DNA of 64,000 nucleotides, from contig CAWCKW010000012.1 of assembly GCA_963796285.1 (NCBI GenBank), positions 992,001 through 1,056,000 on the forward strand, read 5' to 3'. Numbering within the stretch: position 1 is the first letter of the stretch; every line of letters starts with the position of its first letter. Of this stretch, positions 31,766 to 42,999 are shown piece by piece. The position numbers were made by a program, and so were the translations under genes. A model generated the notes under the pieces. It was not told the origin of the DNA, did no database searches, and saw only the letters and a list, made by a program, of their open reading frames with translations. Source of the DNA: Nitrospirota bacterium (GTDB lineage Bacteria; Nitrospirota; UBA9217).

Positions 31766-34006
31766 ATGTCGCAACGTCTTATCAGCGTCCTCAAACAAAA
31801 GAAACTATTCACTCCCACCGTGTTCGTCCTGACTATTCTCGTCGTGCTTTCGCTCATCATCATTCTCGGACAGTTTTTCCATCAGTCGCTTCAGGAAGAA
31901 ATGGCGGGCCAGTTCAACACTCAGCAGCTGCTGCTCGCCCGTGAAGTGGCCGTGAATATCGAAAGCTTTGTCGACCATGTCTACAAGAACCTCCGTGTCA
32001 TTTCACAACTCCCCGATGTCGATCGGATCAGGAAAAGTCCCTGGAGCCGCTCCGTGGTGGAATCGATCACGCTTAGTCTTCGGAATGAGGCGCTGATCGC
32101 CATCCGCGTGCTCGACAAGAACGGGATCCTGCTCTACGACAGTTCGTCTCCTGGGATAGAGACGCAGGATTTTTCAAAAACCGACTATTTTCAAAAGGCC
32201 CGGCTGCTGCCCAACAACGAGAAACTCATCACGGACCTGCTCGAGTCCTCGCATGAACGCCCGGAAACAAAAGAGTTCATCATTGCAGCACCCATTTACC
32301 AGTCCCGGAAGGGCCGACCGTCCCCTGAATTCGCCGGCGTCGCGCTGGCAATTCTCTCGATTGACGGGATTACCCGGAAATATCTCTCGCCGATCAGGTC
32401 CGGCATGCGCGGTTACGCATGGATGATGGACAGCGACGGCACCCTGCTCTACCATCCCAATCAGCCCCGGATGGTAGGCAAGAACCTTTACCAGACCGAC
32501 AAGACGTGCTTCCAATGCCATAAATCGTTCGATACTGAAAAGAAGATGATCGAAGGGAAGTCCGAGACTTTCGGATCATACGAGGCGCCGGGAGGCGAGA
32601 ACAAGCTCGCGGCGTATTACAAATTCCCGATCGTGAGAAAATCCTGGATCGTGGTCGTCTCGGCGCCCTACTCCGATGTTATCGCATTGATGGGCAAGAG
32701 CAGGCGTTTTTATGCTCTGTTGATCCTGTCGATCTTCATCACCACGCTGGTTGTTTCAGCTGTAATGGTCGTCAACTACAAAAGGCAGATCAAGGCTGAG
32801 GAAAAAGCCAAGCATCTCGAAAACCAGCGTCGATTGGAACGCGAGATAGAGATCCAGAAGGACTATCTGGAAAATATCATTGAGAATACGAAAACGAACC
32901 TCATGGTCATCGACAAGGACCTCGGGGTCAGAACGTTGAATACCGCGCAGGCGCAGACGCTCGGCCGGCCCAAGAAGGACTTTCTCGGCAAGAATTTTTT
33001 CGACGCTGTTCCCTGACAGGCTGACTCCGTATGAGGGGATCCCGATCGAGGCCATCCTGCACAAAACGCTCGACGGCAGCAGCTTTCGAGATCAAAGACT
33101 ACCGGCTCACCGGACTTCGTGAGACCCCGCTGTATCTGACAATGAACATCAATCCGCTCCTCATCGACGGCAAAACCCCGGGAATCCTCATCACGAGCAC
33201 TGACGTTACCAAACGCGTGGAGCTTGAGGATGCGCTTAAGCAATACACGGTTGAGCTGGAGGACAAGGTCGACAAAGGGACCGCCACGGCGCAGAAACTT
33301 GAGCAGCAGGTCATGCATTCCGAGAAACTGGCCGCGCTCGGCCGGCTTTCCGCCGGTATCGCCCATGAGATCGGCAATCCACTCACCTCGATCTCGACGT
33401 TCGCCCAACTGCTCCGTGAAATGACCACGGATGAATTCACGCAGAACAGCCTCGACATCATCAATAAACACATCCAGCGGATCACCGATATCGTGCGGAA
33501 GATGTCCACCTTTGCGCGAGCAGACTCTCTCAACATACAGTACGTGCAGCTGAACGATGTCCTGCAGTCAACGCTCGACCTCATGCGTCTCGACAAGCGG
33601 ATGAAGAACACGATCGAGATCCTTGTTTCCTTTGATCCCGATCTCCCCAAGACCATGATCGACGAAGGGCAGATGTCCCAGGTTTTCATCAACATCATCC
33701 TGAATGCGCTGGATGCGATGCCCGATGGAGGAAGCCTGAGCATAACGACGAGACAGGACCGTGGTGATTCTGGGAAAGATTTCATCCGTGATCGAGTTCG
33801 CCGATACCGGGATCGGGATCGCCAAACAGGAGTTCGAAAAGATCTTCGATCCATTTTACACGACCAAGGAAGTGGGAAAGGGAACCGGTCTCGGCCTTTC
33901 CTTGAGCTACAATATCATCAAACGGTTCAACGGCGAAATCAAGGTAGAAAGTGAAAATGGCAAAGGAACGATATTCACCATCATCCTTCCGGTAGAAAAA
34001 GAATAA
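31766..34006 (+). CDS. Cache/PAS sensor histidine kinase with CxxCH in the sensor domain (indels near 33010 and 33770)
   Basis: Two TMs flank the Cache region (YFQKA, GYAWMMDSDG.LLYHP); CFQCH; H-box AGIAHEIGNPL; GKGTGLGL. Confidence 0.88.
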
Positions 34007-34020
34007 GGGAGACCATTGTT

Positions 34021-35380
34021 ATGCAAAAAGCCAGCATTCTGATCGTTGATGATGAAAAAGACATCTGCATGGCACTCAACATTCTTCTGAGCAAAGAGGG
34101 CTATGCCGTAAAGGAAGCCTATAACGGTGAACAGGCCCTTGAGATGCATCAAGAAGGAGAATTTTGACATTGTCATGACCGACATCAAGATGGATAAGAT
34201 GGACGGATTCGAGGTTCTCAAGGAGGCCCAGAAGCTCAGTCCGGAGACATCGGTGGTCATGATGACGGCATTTGCCTCGGTCGGATCCGCTGTCGAGGCG
34301 ATGCGGTCAGGAGCCTCTGACTACATCACCAAACCGTTCATCAATGATGAGATCCGGCTGACCATCAGAAGGATCCTCCAGAGCAGAGAGCTCCAGATGG
34401 AGAACCAGATCCTGCGCCAGGAGCTGAGCCAGCGTCAGACAGCGTTCACGAATATCATCGGAAGCTCCGAGTCCATGCAAAAAGTATTCAGCGTCATGGA
34501 AAAGGTCATCCCGAACAAGAGCAATATTCTGATCACCGGTGAAAGCGGGACGGGCAAGGGACTCGTTGCTCAGGCGATCCACGAAGCAGGCCCGCGCAAA
34601 GACAAGCCATTTATCGCCATCAACTGCGGGGCCATCCCGGAGAACCTGCTCGAAAGCGAGCTCTTCGGCCACAAAAAAGGCGCCTTTACGTCGGCCAACG
34701 AGGACAAGAAAGGCCTCATCACCATGGCGCATACCGGCACCCTGTTCCTGGATGAGATCGGTGAACTGCCGCAGGCGCTCCAGGTCAAGCTGCTCCATGT
34801 GATCCAGACCAGGGAACTCACCCCGGTTGGCGACACGCGGGTCATCACCGTGGACGTCAGGATCATCGCAGCCACGAATGCCGATCTTATGCAGCGCGTT
34901 AAGGAAGGGCGTTTCCGGGAAGACCTCTACTATCGCTTGAACGTAATCGAGATCCATATGCCGTCGCTGCGCGAACGGCGAGATGACATCCCGGTGCTCA
35001 TCAAGCATTTCATGCAGGTCTTCGCGAAGGAAGCGGGAAAAAGCATCAAAGACATCGACTACGAGGCCATGCAGGCCCTCCTCGCCTATGAGTGGCCAGG
35101 CAATATTCGGGAGCTAAGAAACACGATCGAGCGGGCCACGGTTCTTGCCGACGGGGAAGTGATCACCATGCACGACCTGACTGACAAGTTCAGGACCCTC
35201 GACATTGAAGGGATTTCGACCTCATCCCTTCGCCAGGCATTGGATACGTTCGAACGAGACTATATCCGGCGGAGCTTAACGGAAAGCAAGGGGAACAAGG
35301 AAATGGCGGCGGGTAAACTCGGGGTCGATCTTGCTACGCTGTATCGCAAGCTGAAAAAACTCAGGATAGAAGCAGCGTAA
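34021..35380 (+). CDS. Sigma-54-dependent response regulator (indel near 34140)
   Basis: MQKASILIVDDE from 34021; GESGTGKG; GAFTSA; HTH. Confidence 0.92.
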
Positions 35381-35420
35381 ACACAAACTTCAAATTTCAC
35401 AAAATCATACATACCATTTG

Positions 35421-35678
35421 TTAAACAGTGCAATTGGAATTTTGAGCTTTTCGTTTCATGTAGTCCCGTCCTGAGAATTCCATTCCCTCATCCGGAGCAC
35501 GTTCCACGGCCCCTTTCAGCTTTATCGAGTTCACGCTGGATGCCGGTAGAGCAATCCACTGCATCAGGCCCTTCAGATGCACTTCAACATCCGAAACCTC
35601 GATCAGCACCCCGACATATTGAATGCCATTTGCAACAACTTCAACCTCTTTCCCGATCATGCTCTGAATGTCCGTCAT
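35421..35678 (-). CDS. Small hypothetical protein, possible Sm/LSm-like fold
   Basis: AGGAGG RBS; MIGKEVEVVANGIQYVGVLIEVSD pattern. Confidence 0.6.
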   Translation of the reverse strand: MTDIQSMIGKEVEVVANGIQYVGVLIEVSDVEVHLKGLMQWIALPASSVNSIKLKGAVERAPDEGMEFSGRDYMKRKAQNSNCTV

Positions 35679-35692
35679 ATTGCCTCCTTTGT

Positions 35693-35762
35693 GAATGAGA
35701 GAAGGTGAGAAATAGGCTTGCTTATCTTTTTTACCTTCTTACCCTCTTACCTTCGCATCTTC
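35693..35762. repeat. Inverted octamer-repeat element
   Basis: GAATGAGA GAAGGTGA left arm; TTACCTTC TTACCCTC TTACCTTC right arm. Confidence 0.6.
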
Positions 35763-35764
35763 TC

Positions 35765-35995
35765 TTAAATCTCGAGTTTCCCCCAGTTTTCTATCCTGTA
35801 CCTCCAGAGCAAAAAGAACATTCGAACGGCCCAGTCCAGGACCATCACCGACCACACATAACGGATGTCGGCTTTCACGATCACGGCAAGCAGCGCCGCG
35901 ATCGACGCGCATGGTCCAACCTGCCCGCGCCAAGGTTTTGTCCCACCATGGTCGCTTCCGCAACGGCGCTGCCGTAACCTGGCATGAATATTCAA
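35765..35995 (-). CDS. Hypothetical small membrane protein
   Basis: ATGA overlap with the hypE stop; C-terminal half resembles a transporter C-terminal helix pair, possibly a remnant. Confidence 0.3.
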   Translation of the reverse strand: MNIHARLRQRRCGSDHGGTKPWRGQVGPCASIAALLAVIVKADIRYVWSVMVLDWAVRMFFLLWRYRIENWGKLEI

Positions 35996-36988
35996 CAGAT
36001 CCTCGGCAACAGCTCGCCTGGCAACATATCAATAATTCGGCTGCCACCAATGGAAGTCTCGAGCAGCACCATGCCTGACGGCGCTTCGATCACGTCACCA
36101 ATGATCGCGGCTCTTCGGCCAAAGGGATGTTTTTTCATGGCAGCGACCAGGGCATCGGCGTTCAGACTATCCAGAATAGCAATAAGAATCCCTTCATTCG
36201 CGACATAGAGCGGGTCGAGCCCAAGGAGTCCGCAGGCACCCTTGACCTGCGGCGGTATAGGTAGAGCATCCTCCCTGATCTTGATGCACAAGGATGATTC
36301 CAAAGCAGCTTCTTTCAGCGTCGTAGCAAGGCCTCCCCGCGTCGGGTCTCGCATAAAATGGATATCCTTCGCACTGGCAAGCATCTTCCGGACCAGATCA
36401 TTAAGCGGGCGGGAATCCGTTTGCACAGGAGGATCGAACGTGAGGCCGTTCCGCTCGGCTATGATCGCAACGCCATGGTTGCCGATCTCGCCGCTGATGA
36501 TGACCTTGTCCCCTGCCTTGATCCTTGATGCAGCGATGTCTGTCCCCTCATGGAGAACGCCCAGACCGGAGGTGTTGATAAAGATGCCGTCTGCTTTGCC
36601 TTTGTTCACGACCTTGGTGTCTCCTGCGACGATCCGCACCTGTGCCTGTTTCGCAGCCGCAGCCATGGACGCGACGATCTTTTTGAGATCGGCAAGAGGG
36701 AACCCTTCTTCGATGATGAATCCCGCTGTAAGGAAGAGCGGTTCGGCACCTGCGACAGCGAGATCGTTCACTGTGCCGCACACAGCAAGGTCGCCGATAT
36801 TGCCTCCGGGAAAGAAAAGCGGCGTGACCACGTAGGAATCGGTGGTATACGCGAGCCGTCATCGACGGTACGCTCACGACAGCGGAATCGCCTGTGCCTT
36901 CTATGCCGAAAGCCGGGCTGAAGTGCTCACGGATCAGCTGGTGCATCATTTTGCCGCCGCTGCCATGTCCAAGAAGAATTCTATCCAT
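35992..36988 (-). CDS. hypE: Hydrogenase maturation protein HypE (indel)
   Basis: HGSGG, GTVNDLA, GDTKVV, RDPTRGG, C-terminal PRIC. Confidence 0.95.
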
Positions 36989-37090
36989 ATTTTTTCCGCT
37001 TTCATCTGAGAATCGCCCTTCACTTTTATCCTATCTTGCAAGGTGAGAGGGTATAGCGAGATGCAATTCAGTAATTATTTTAAATGCGTT

Positions 37091-38152
37091 CTATGAGCGC
37101 TCTCCGTATTTATAATACGCCGCGCAACTGCCTTCGGTGCTGACCATGCACGGACCCACCGGACTATCCGGTGTGCACCCGGTGCCGAAAAGCGGGCATT
37201 CGGTCGGGATTTTCACGCCCCGCAGGATATCGCCGCAGGAGCAGAGCTCCGGCTCGGGCTCGTCCGAAACTTCCGGCTTAAATCGAGTTACGGCATCAAA
37301 GGCCGCATAGTCTTCCCGAAGCTTCAGCCCGCTGCCCGGAAGAACACCGATCCCACGCCAGTAGGCATCTGTCGGCTCAAAAACCTGCTCCAGAAGAGCA
37401 ACGGCCCTGGGGTTCCCCTCTTCCTTTACGATGGTAGTATACTGGATCTCGATCTCAGCCCTTTTTCGGGCTATCTGCCTTACGATCATGAGGATCCCCT
37501 CGATGATCTCCCTGGCTTCGAATCCGGTGATGACCGAGGGGATATGGTATTGTTCCGCCACAAAGACATACGGTTTTTTCCCGATGATGGTGCTTACATG
37601 GCCGGGAAGGATAAAGCCGTCCACTTTGACATCAGGAGAGTCGAGCAGCGCTTTGAGTGCCGGCGGTACAAGCTTATGCGATGAATAGATGGTAAAATTC
37701 GGCACAGCCAAACGCTTGGCCTCATACACCGTGGCCGCGATCAGCGGCGATGTGGTCTCGAAACCCGTGGCAAAAAAGACAACCTGCTTATTGTTGTCTG
37801 CTTGAGCAAGTTTCAATGCATCCATGGGTGAATACATGACCCGTACGTCAGCGCCCTCGGAACGCGCTTCCATCAGAGACTGTTTCCCACCGGGCACGCG
37901 CATCATGTCTCCGAAGGTCACGAGGATCACGTCGGACCGCTTGGCGATCGCGATCGCCATATCAACATCGTGTATTGACGTTACGCACACCGGGCACCCG
38001 GGCCCGCTCAAGAGGGTGATGGTTTTCGGGATCACGCTGCGTATCCCATGCCTGAAGATCTCGACAGTATGCGTGCCGCAGACCTCCATGAGCTTGATCG
38101 GTCTGTTGAGCCCGTCCATGAGCATCTTCAATTCAGCAAGCATTTCCTTCAT
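37091..38152 (-). CDS. hypD: Hydrogenase maturation protein HypD
   Basis: MEVCGTH, GPGCPVC, GFETT, PGHVS, GPCMVSTEGSC. Confidence 0.97.
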   Translation of the reverse strand: MKEMLAELKMLMDGLNRPIKLMEVCGTHTVEIFRHGIRSVIPKTITLLSGPGCPVCVTSIHDVDMAIAIAKRSDVILVTFGDMMRVPGGKQSLMEARSEGADVRVMYSPMDALKLAQADNNKQVVFFATGFETTSPLIAATVYEAKRLAVPNFTIYSSHKLVPPALKALLDSPDVKVDGFILPGHVSTIIGKKPYVFVAEQYHIPSVITGFEAREIIEGILMIVRQIARKRAEIEIQYTTIVKEEGNPRAVALLEQVFEPTDAYWRGIGVLPGSGLKLREDYAAFDAVTRFKPEVSDEPEPELCSCGDILRGVKIPTECPLFGTGCTPDSPVGPCMVSTEGSCAAYYKYGERS

Positions 38153-40555
38153 ATTCTGCTCTCCGCATGCCGCAGTCTTTGCCTGACCAGATACGCCTGT
38201 CCAAGAGAGATACAAGCGTCATTACAAGGTACGTTCTCGTTCGTATACACCTTCATGCCCTCCTGGGAAAGCATGCTGATCGTTCGGCGCAAAAGATAGA
38301 GATTTTGAAAGGTGCCGCCGCTCAGCGCCACATCCAAGATCCCCTGAGAGTCTCTCACCCGAAGCACCATGGTCCGGATAATAGACGTTATGGTATTATG
38401 GAACTTCGTTGATATTTTTTGCTTTGGAATCTTTCTGCTCATGTCGCGCACAATGCCGTTTATGGTCGCGGATAAATCGATGACAGTATAGCTGTTTTCC
38501 CGTTTCAACTCAACCACGTACTGATCATCTATTCCGTCAAGGGTCAATGATTCCAAGACCATTGCCGCCTCACCTTCAAACGTGTTTTTATCGCAAACCC
38601 CGATCAGTGCTGAGACTGCATCGAACAATCTTCCAACGCCTGACGAAAGGGGTGATAATTCCCGGGCTCTCGCGATGATCATCAGCTGTTCTAGTTGCTG
38701 TTCACCGTATTTCTTTATAAATCCGAGGTTTTCCAATACCTCTCGTGCGCCTGTTCCGAAGACCTCGACAATGCAGCTGACTGCTGTTTTCCATGGTTCC
38801 CGGATCGCTGCCTCTCCTCCGGGTAATGGAATATATTTGAACTGGCCAAGTCGTTCGAAACCGCCAACATCTGCGACCATAAATTCCCCGCCCCAGAGGT
38901 TGCCGTCAGTACCGTATCCGGTCCCGTCAAACGCGACGCCGATGACCTTATTGATCAGACCATGCTCGGCCATAACAGACCCGATATGAGCATAGTGGTG
39001 CTGGATGGGGAATAGCATCGGTTCGGCATTTCCTTCATCCTGCCCCCGGTCCCTTGTCCCCAATTCCTTCGCCCATCTCGTCGAGAGATATCCCGGATGC
39101 AGGTCATGAGCAATGGCGACAGGATGTACTCGGTAGACTGATGTTAAATTTGAGAGAACCTCTTCAAAAAATTTCACGGTTTCATAGTTTTCCATGTCGC
39201 CGATATGCTGGCTTGGAATAGCAAATCTTCCCTTGGTCAGCGTAAACGTGTTCTTCAGGTCCGCGCCAACCCCAAGGACTTCAGGTCCATCGTCGCGGAG
39301 CGCGATCGGCCCGGGTGCGTATCCGCGGGAACGACGGATGAAACTCAGCGCGGAGTTCTGAGTTTTAGAGCCTGAACTGTTTGCATATCGTCTGCGTACC
39401 ACCGAGTCATCCACCCGCATAAAGATGTCCCTATCATGGAGCAGGAATGCCATCGGCCATCCCCGAAAGCTTCTTGACGGCCTCATCGTTGTCCCGCACG
39501 ATCGGCTCCTCGGAGAGATTGCCGCTTGTCATGACAAGTGCTTTAAAAATGGACTCTGCGCCGGAATTATCCGATAGGTTCGGATAGGTGAATAACAGAT
39601 GGTGAAGCGGCGTATAGGGCAGCATGACGCCCACATAACGGTTGTTCGGAGAAACCGCTTCGGAGAGATAAGCGCCTTCTTTCTTTTGCAAAAGGACCAC
39701 CGGCCTCCGATTCGATCTGAGCAGATCTTTTTCTTCCGATGAAATCGTGCAGAATCGATTAATGTCATCGATTGACAGCGACATCAGCGCAAAAGGTTTG
39801 TTGCTCTTGCGTTTGCGCTCACGTAATCTCCGGACCGCCGCATCATTGGCCGCATCGCAGGCAAGGTGAAATCCTCCCAGACCTTTGATCGCCACGATCC
39901 CACCCTGTTTAAGCAAAGAGATCGCCCTCTGAATAGAACTTTCTTTTTCATTTAGACTGAACGCTGAACTCTGAGCTCTGAACTCGACCTGCGGTCCGCA
40001 CACAGGACAGGCATTCGGCTGTGCGTGAAATCTGCGGTCGAGGGGATCGTGGTATTCCCTGAGACAATCAGGGCAAAAAGTAAAATCGGCCATGGTTGTG
40101 TTCGGCCGATCATAGGGAACGGATTTCGTTATGGAATATCGGGGACCACAGTTCGTGCAGTTGATGAACGGGTACAAGTAGCGACGATCGCCGGGATCGA
40201 GCAATTCGCGCAAACAATCATCGCATATCGAAACATCAGGCGAGACAAGCGTGAACGGCCGGCCTATTGCATCGTCAGCGCTTGCGCGGATCGAAAAATC
40301 GGGGTAACCATACACGGGAAGTGCGGTGCTTGAAATTTCGGTGATATCGGACAGGGGCGGCGCTTCGGTGCGAAGGCGGCGAGCAAATTCGGAAATGTCA
40401 GTTCCTTCCACTTCAATGAGAACACCGTCGCTCGTATTCGTTACATAGCCTGTAACGCGCAGGCCGGTGGCAAGCTTATACACAAAGGGCCTGAATCCAA
40501 CGCCCTGCACCACACCCCTTACTATGATCTGAGCCCGTTCAACCATTGAGTCCAT
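38149..40555 (-). CDS. hypF: Carbamoyltransferase HypF (indel near 39450)
   Basis: GVVQGVGFRPF, two CxxC-x18-CxxC zinc fingers, KGLGGFHL, HDLHP, QHHYAH, FDGTGYG. Confidence 0.95.
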
Positions 40556-41166
40556 GCTTCGATTCCTGCGCCGGTCGTGCACGAGACCTCGAATATCTTC
40601 AACTTTGGATTAAGCGCCAGGGAGTCATTCCGGACCTTGTTCATATCCGTATTCATGTAAGGCAGGAGATCGATCTTGTTCAGGACCAGAGCGGAAGACT
40701 CGCGAAACATGAGCGGGTACTTGAGCGGCTTATCATGACCTTCAGCAACGGACAGGACCATTATTTTCATGTCCTCTCCAACCATGAATTCGGCCGGACA
40801 AACGAGGTTCCCGACATTTTCGATGATCAGCAAGTCCAGGCCCTTAAGGGGAAGCTCTGACAGCACTTCACTTATCATATTTGCATCGAGATGACAAGCC
40901 CCGCCGGTGTTGATCTGGACAACCGGCACACCAAGAGCGCTGATCCGTTCAGCATCATCGCTCCCGACGATGTCGCCTTCGATCACGCCGATCTTCAAAT
41001 GCGGTTTAAGCGCCGAAATCGTCCTCTCAAGGAGCGTTGTCTTGCCTGCCCCCGGAGCGCCCATCAGGTTGACGACATAAACACCAGCCTCCTTAAAGCG
41101 TTTCCGGTTTTCTTCGGCAATACGGTCATTGGCTTCCAGGATGCGGGTGACGACCTTCACTTTCAT
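40522..41166 (-). CDS. hypB: Hydrogenase nickel incorporation GTPase HypB
   Basis: GAGKTT, CHLDA, ENVGNLVCPA, NKID. Confidence 0.97.
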   Translation of the reverse strand: MKVKVVTRILEANDRIAEENRKRFKEAGVYVVNLMGAPGAGKTTLLERTISALKPHLKIGVIEGDIVGSDDAERISALGVPVVQINTGGACHLDANMISEVLSELPLKGLDLLIIENVGNLVCPAEFMVGEDMKIMVLSVAEGHDKPLKYPLMFRESSALVLNKIDLLPYMNTDMNKVRNDSLALNPKLKIFEVSCTTGAGIEAWTQWLNGLRS

Positions 41167-41514
41167 CAGTTGATCTCCATATCGACGATCTCCATCTCGC
41201 GGCCGGTTTTTAATTCAATGAACTTCGAGTTGCACAGAGGGCATGAAAAAACATACTGGACATCCTGGACCGTGAATTCTTTTTTGCAATCGCTGCAGAG
41301 ACCGGAGACAGGAACCCGCTCGATGACCAGTTCCGCGTGCTCCGCCACGGACAGAGCCTTGGCGGCGTCGAAAGCAAAGCTCAGCGCTTCTGGCATGACC
41401 CCGGCGGCCATGCCGATCCTGAGCCGGACCGTGTCAACACGTATGACCACCGGCCTCACGGCATTTTTCAACGACAATATCAAGGATGCTCAAGGCAAGC
41501 GAGGTTTCGTGCAT
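41166..41514 (-). CDS. hypA: Nickel metallochaperone HypA (indel near 41440)
   Basis: MHETSLA N-terminus, CSDC...CPLC, TGREM. Confidence 0.92.
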
Positions 41515-41706
41515 GGATTTTCCTGACTCGACGATATCCTTGTCAACCATCTGGATGGCAAAACCCGCATGGACAAGGACATAGTCTCCTAATTGAGGTA
41601 CGACAGGCAGAAGCATCAGATTCACTTCTTTACGCGCGCCGAATACATCGATGATCGCAGACATATTATCGATGCTGATTATTCTCGAAGGGATTGCAAG
41701 ACACAT
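41515..41706 (-). CDS. hypC: HypC chaperone, reading in frame into hypA with no stop
   Basis: MCLAIP...GDYVLVHAGFAI; 64 codons, then the hypA ATG in the same frame. Confidence 0.9.
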
Positions 41707-41829
41707 TGGACATTCCGATCACAAAGCAGTCAATTGCGTGGGATACTCAGTATGCGTACTTTATCGCACATCTGACGTGCGCTGTCAAGCACTGGATATG
41801 CCCCTGGTTAGGCTTGCACCCGTCCAAGG

Positions 41830-42339
41830 TCATTGCATTGCGCTGATCTTGTCCAATTCCTCAAAAATAAGCTCTTGGACCCGTGGGATCACAGCCGCGA
41901 GCTCATCACTCAGTTCCATGGACCATGAGGACACATCCTTGGGCTGCACACCGATGATAACGGTCTTTGGCTTCGTTCCCGTCAGCGCTGCCATGTGGAG
42001 GACATCTATCAGGCTGATCTGGTGCAGGGATGCCTTCTGCTCAACCGGGAATTTCATATCATCGGGGGAAAAGCGGAATAGCGATCCGGGAATGTCGCCG
42101 GCTTCGACGACATCGATGACGATAAGGTGATCGATCTCATGCAGCATGGGGATCAGTTGGTGGCTCACCGTCCCGGCCTCGAGAAGCTCAACATTGCCGG
42201 GCAATGCAGTGTCTTTCAGGGAATTGATAAGATGGACACCGAAACCATCGTCCCTGAGAAGCAGATTGCCAACACCGAGAATGAGAATTTTTTGGGGAGG
42301 CGTTGTGACGCCTCCCCGGATCTGTTCATCTGAGGTCAT
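41830..42339 (-). CDS. Hydrogenase maturation protease (HyaD/HybD family)
   Basis: GVGNLLLRDDGFG, SLHQ, GVQP. Confidence 0.93.
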   Translation of the reverse strand: MTSDEQIRGGVTTPPQKILILGVGNLLLRDDGFGVHLINSLKDTALPGNVELLEAGTVSHQLIPMLHEIDHLIVIDVVEAGDIPGSLFRFSPDDMKFPVEQKASLHQISLIDVLHMAALTGTKPKTVIIGVQPKDVSSWSMELSDELAAVIPRVQELIFEELDKISAMQ

Positions 42340-42988
42340 TTGGAATGCTTTTTAAGCTTGTAGCCGGTAAATATGGAAGTGAGGGACTTGTCCTTGTTCA
42401 CCATGCGTGATCACGATGCTCATGTACACGTGGATCAACACAAACACGATAAAGAACCACATGGACAGGATATGCACGAATCCGTGTAGCGGATTCGCCG
42501 CCGAGAAGTTGCTTGTACCCACAGGAAGCTGTTCGGGGCTTTGATAAATCCGAACACGTTGCCGTGGTAGAGCGCCCCGCCGGTCAAGGCGGTAATGATG
42601 ATCACCACCGCGACGCCAGAGGTATGCCAGGGCCTGGAGCGGGTTATACTTCCGGTAATCCTTGTGCGAACCTTTGATAAAGAGGTAATAGCCAAGGATG
42701 TCCGGGATGTTCTTTATGTTCTCGAATGATCCCGAAGTCCTTCCAGTCAGCATCAAACGTGGATTTGAATGCCATGTACACCCTGACCACTAGTCCCAAA
42801 ATGAGCGCATAGGCGGCAACAAAATGGAAAAACCGCATCCATGCCATGATAAAGCTTTCAGGTCCGCCGGCAATGAAGGGCCAGTGGATATAGAGCCCTG
42901 TAAAGGTGAGCACAACAATGGCGATGACCCTGGTCCAGTGTTCGATAATGTAGCCGAGGCTCCATTCTTTTATCAGTCCTTGTGCCAT
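42336..42988 (-). CDS. [NiFe]-hydrogenase b-type cytochrome subunit (indels)
   Basis: EHW, TGLYI, RFFHF, YNPLQ, HVY heme-His motifs across frames. Confidence 0.88.
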
Positions 42989-42999
42989 AGTGTCCTCCC

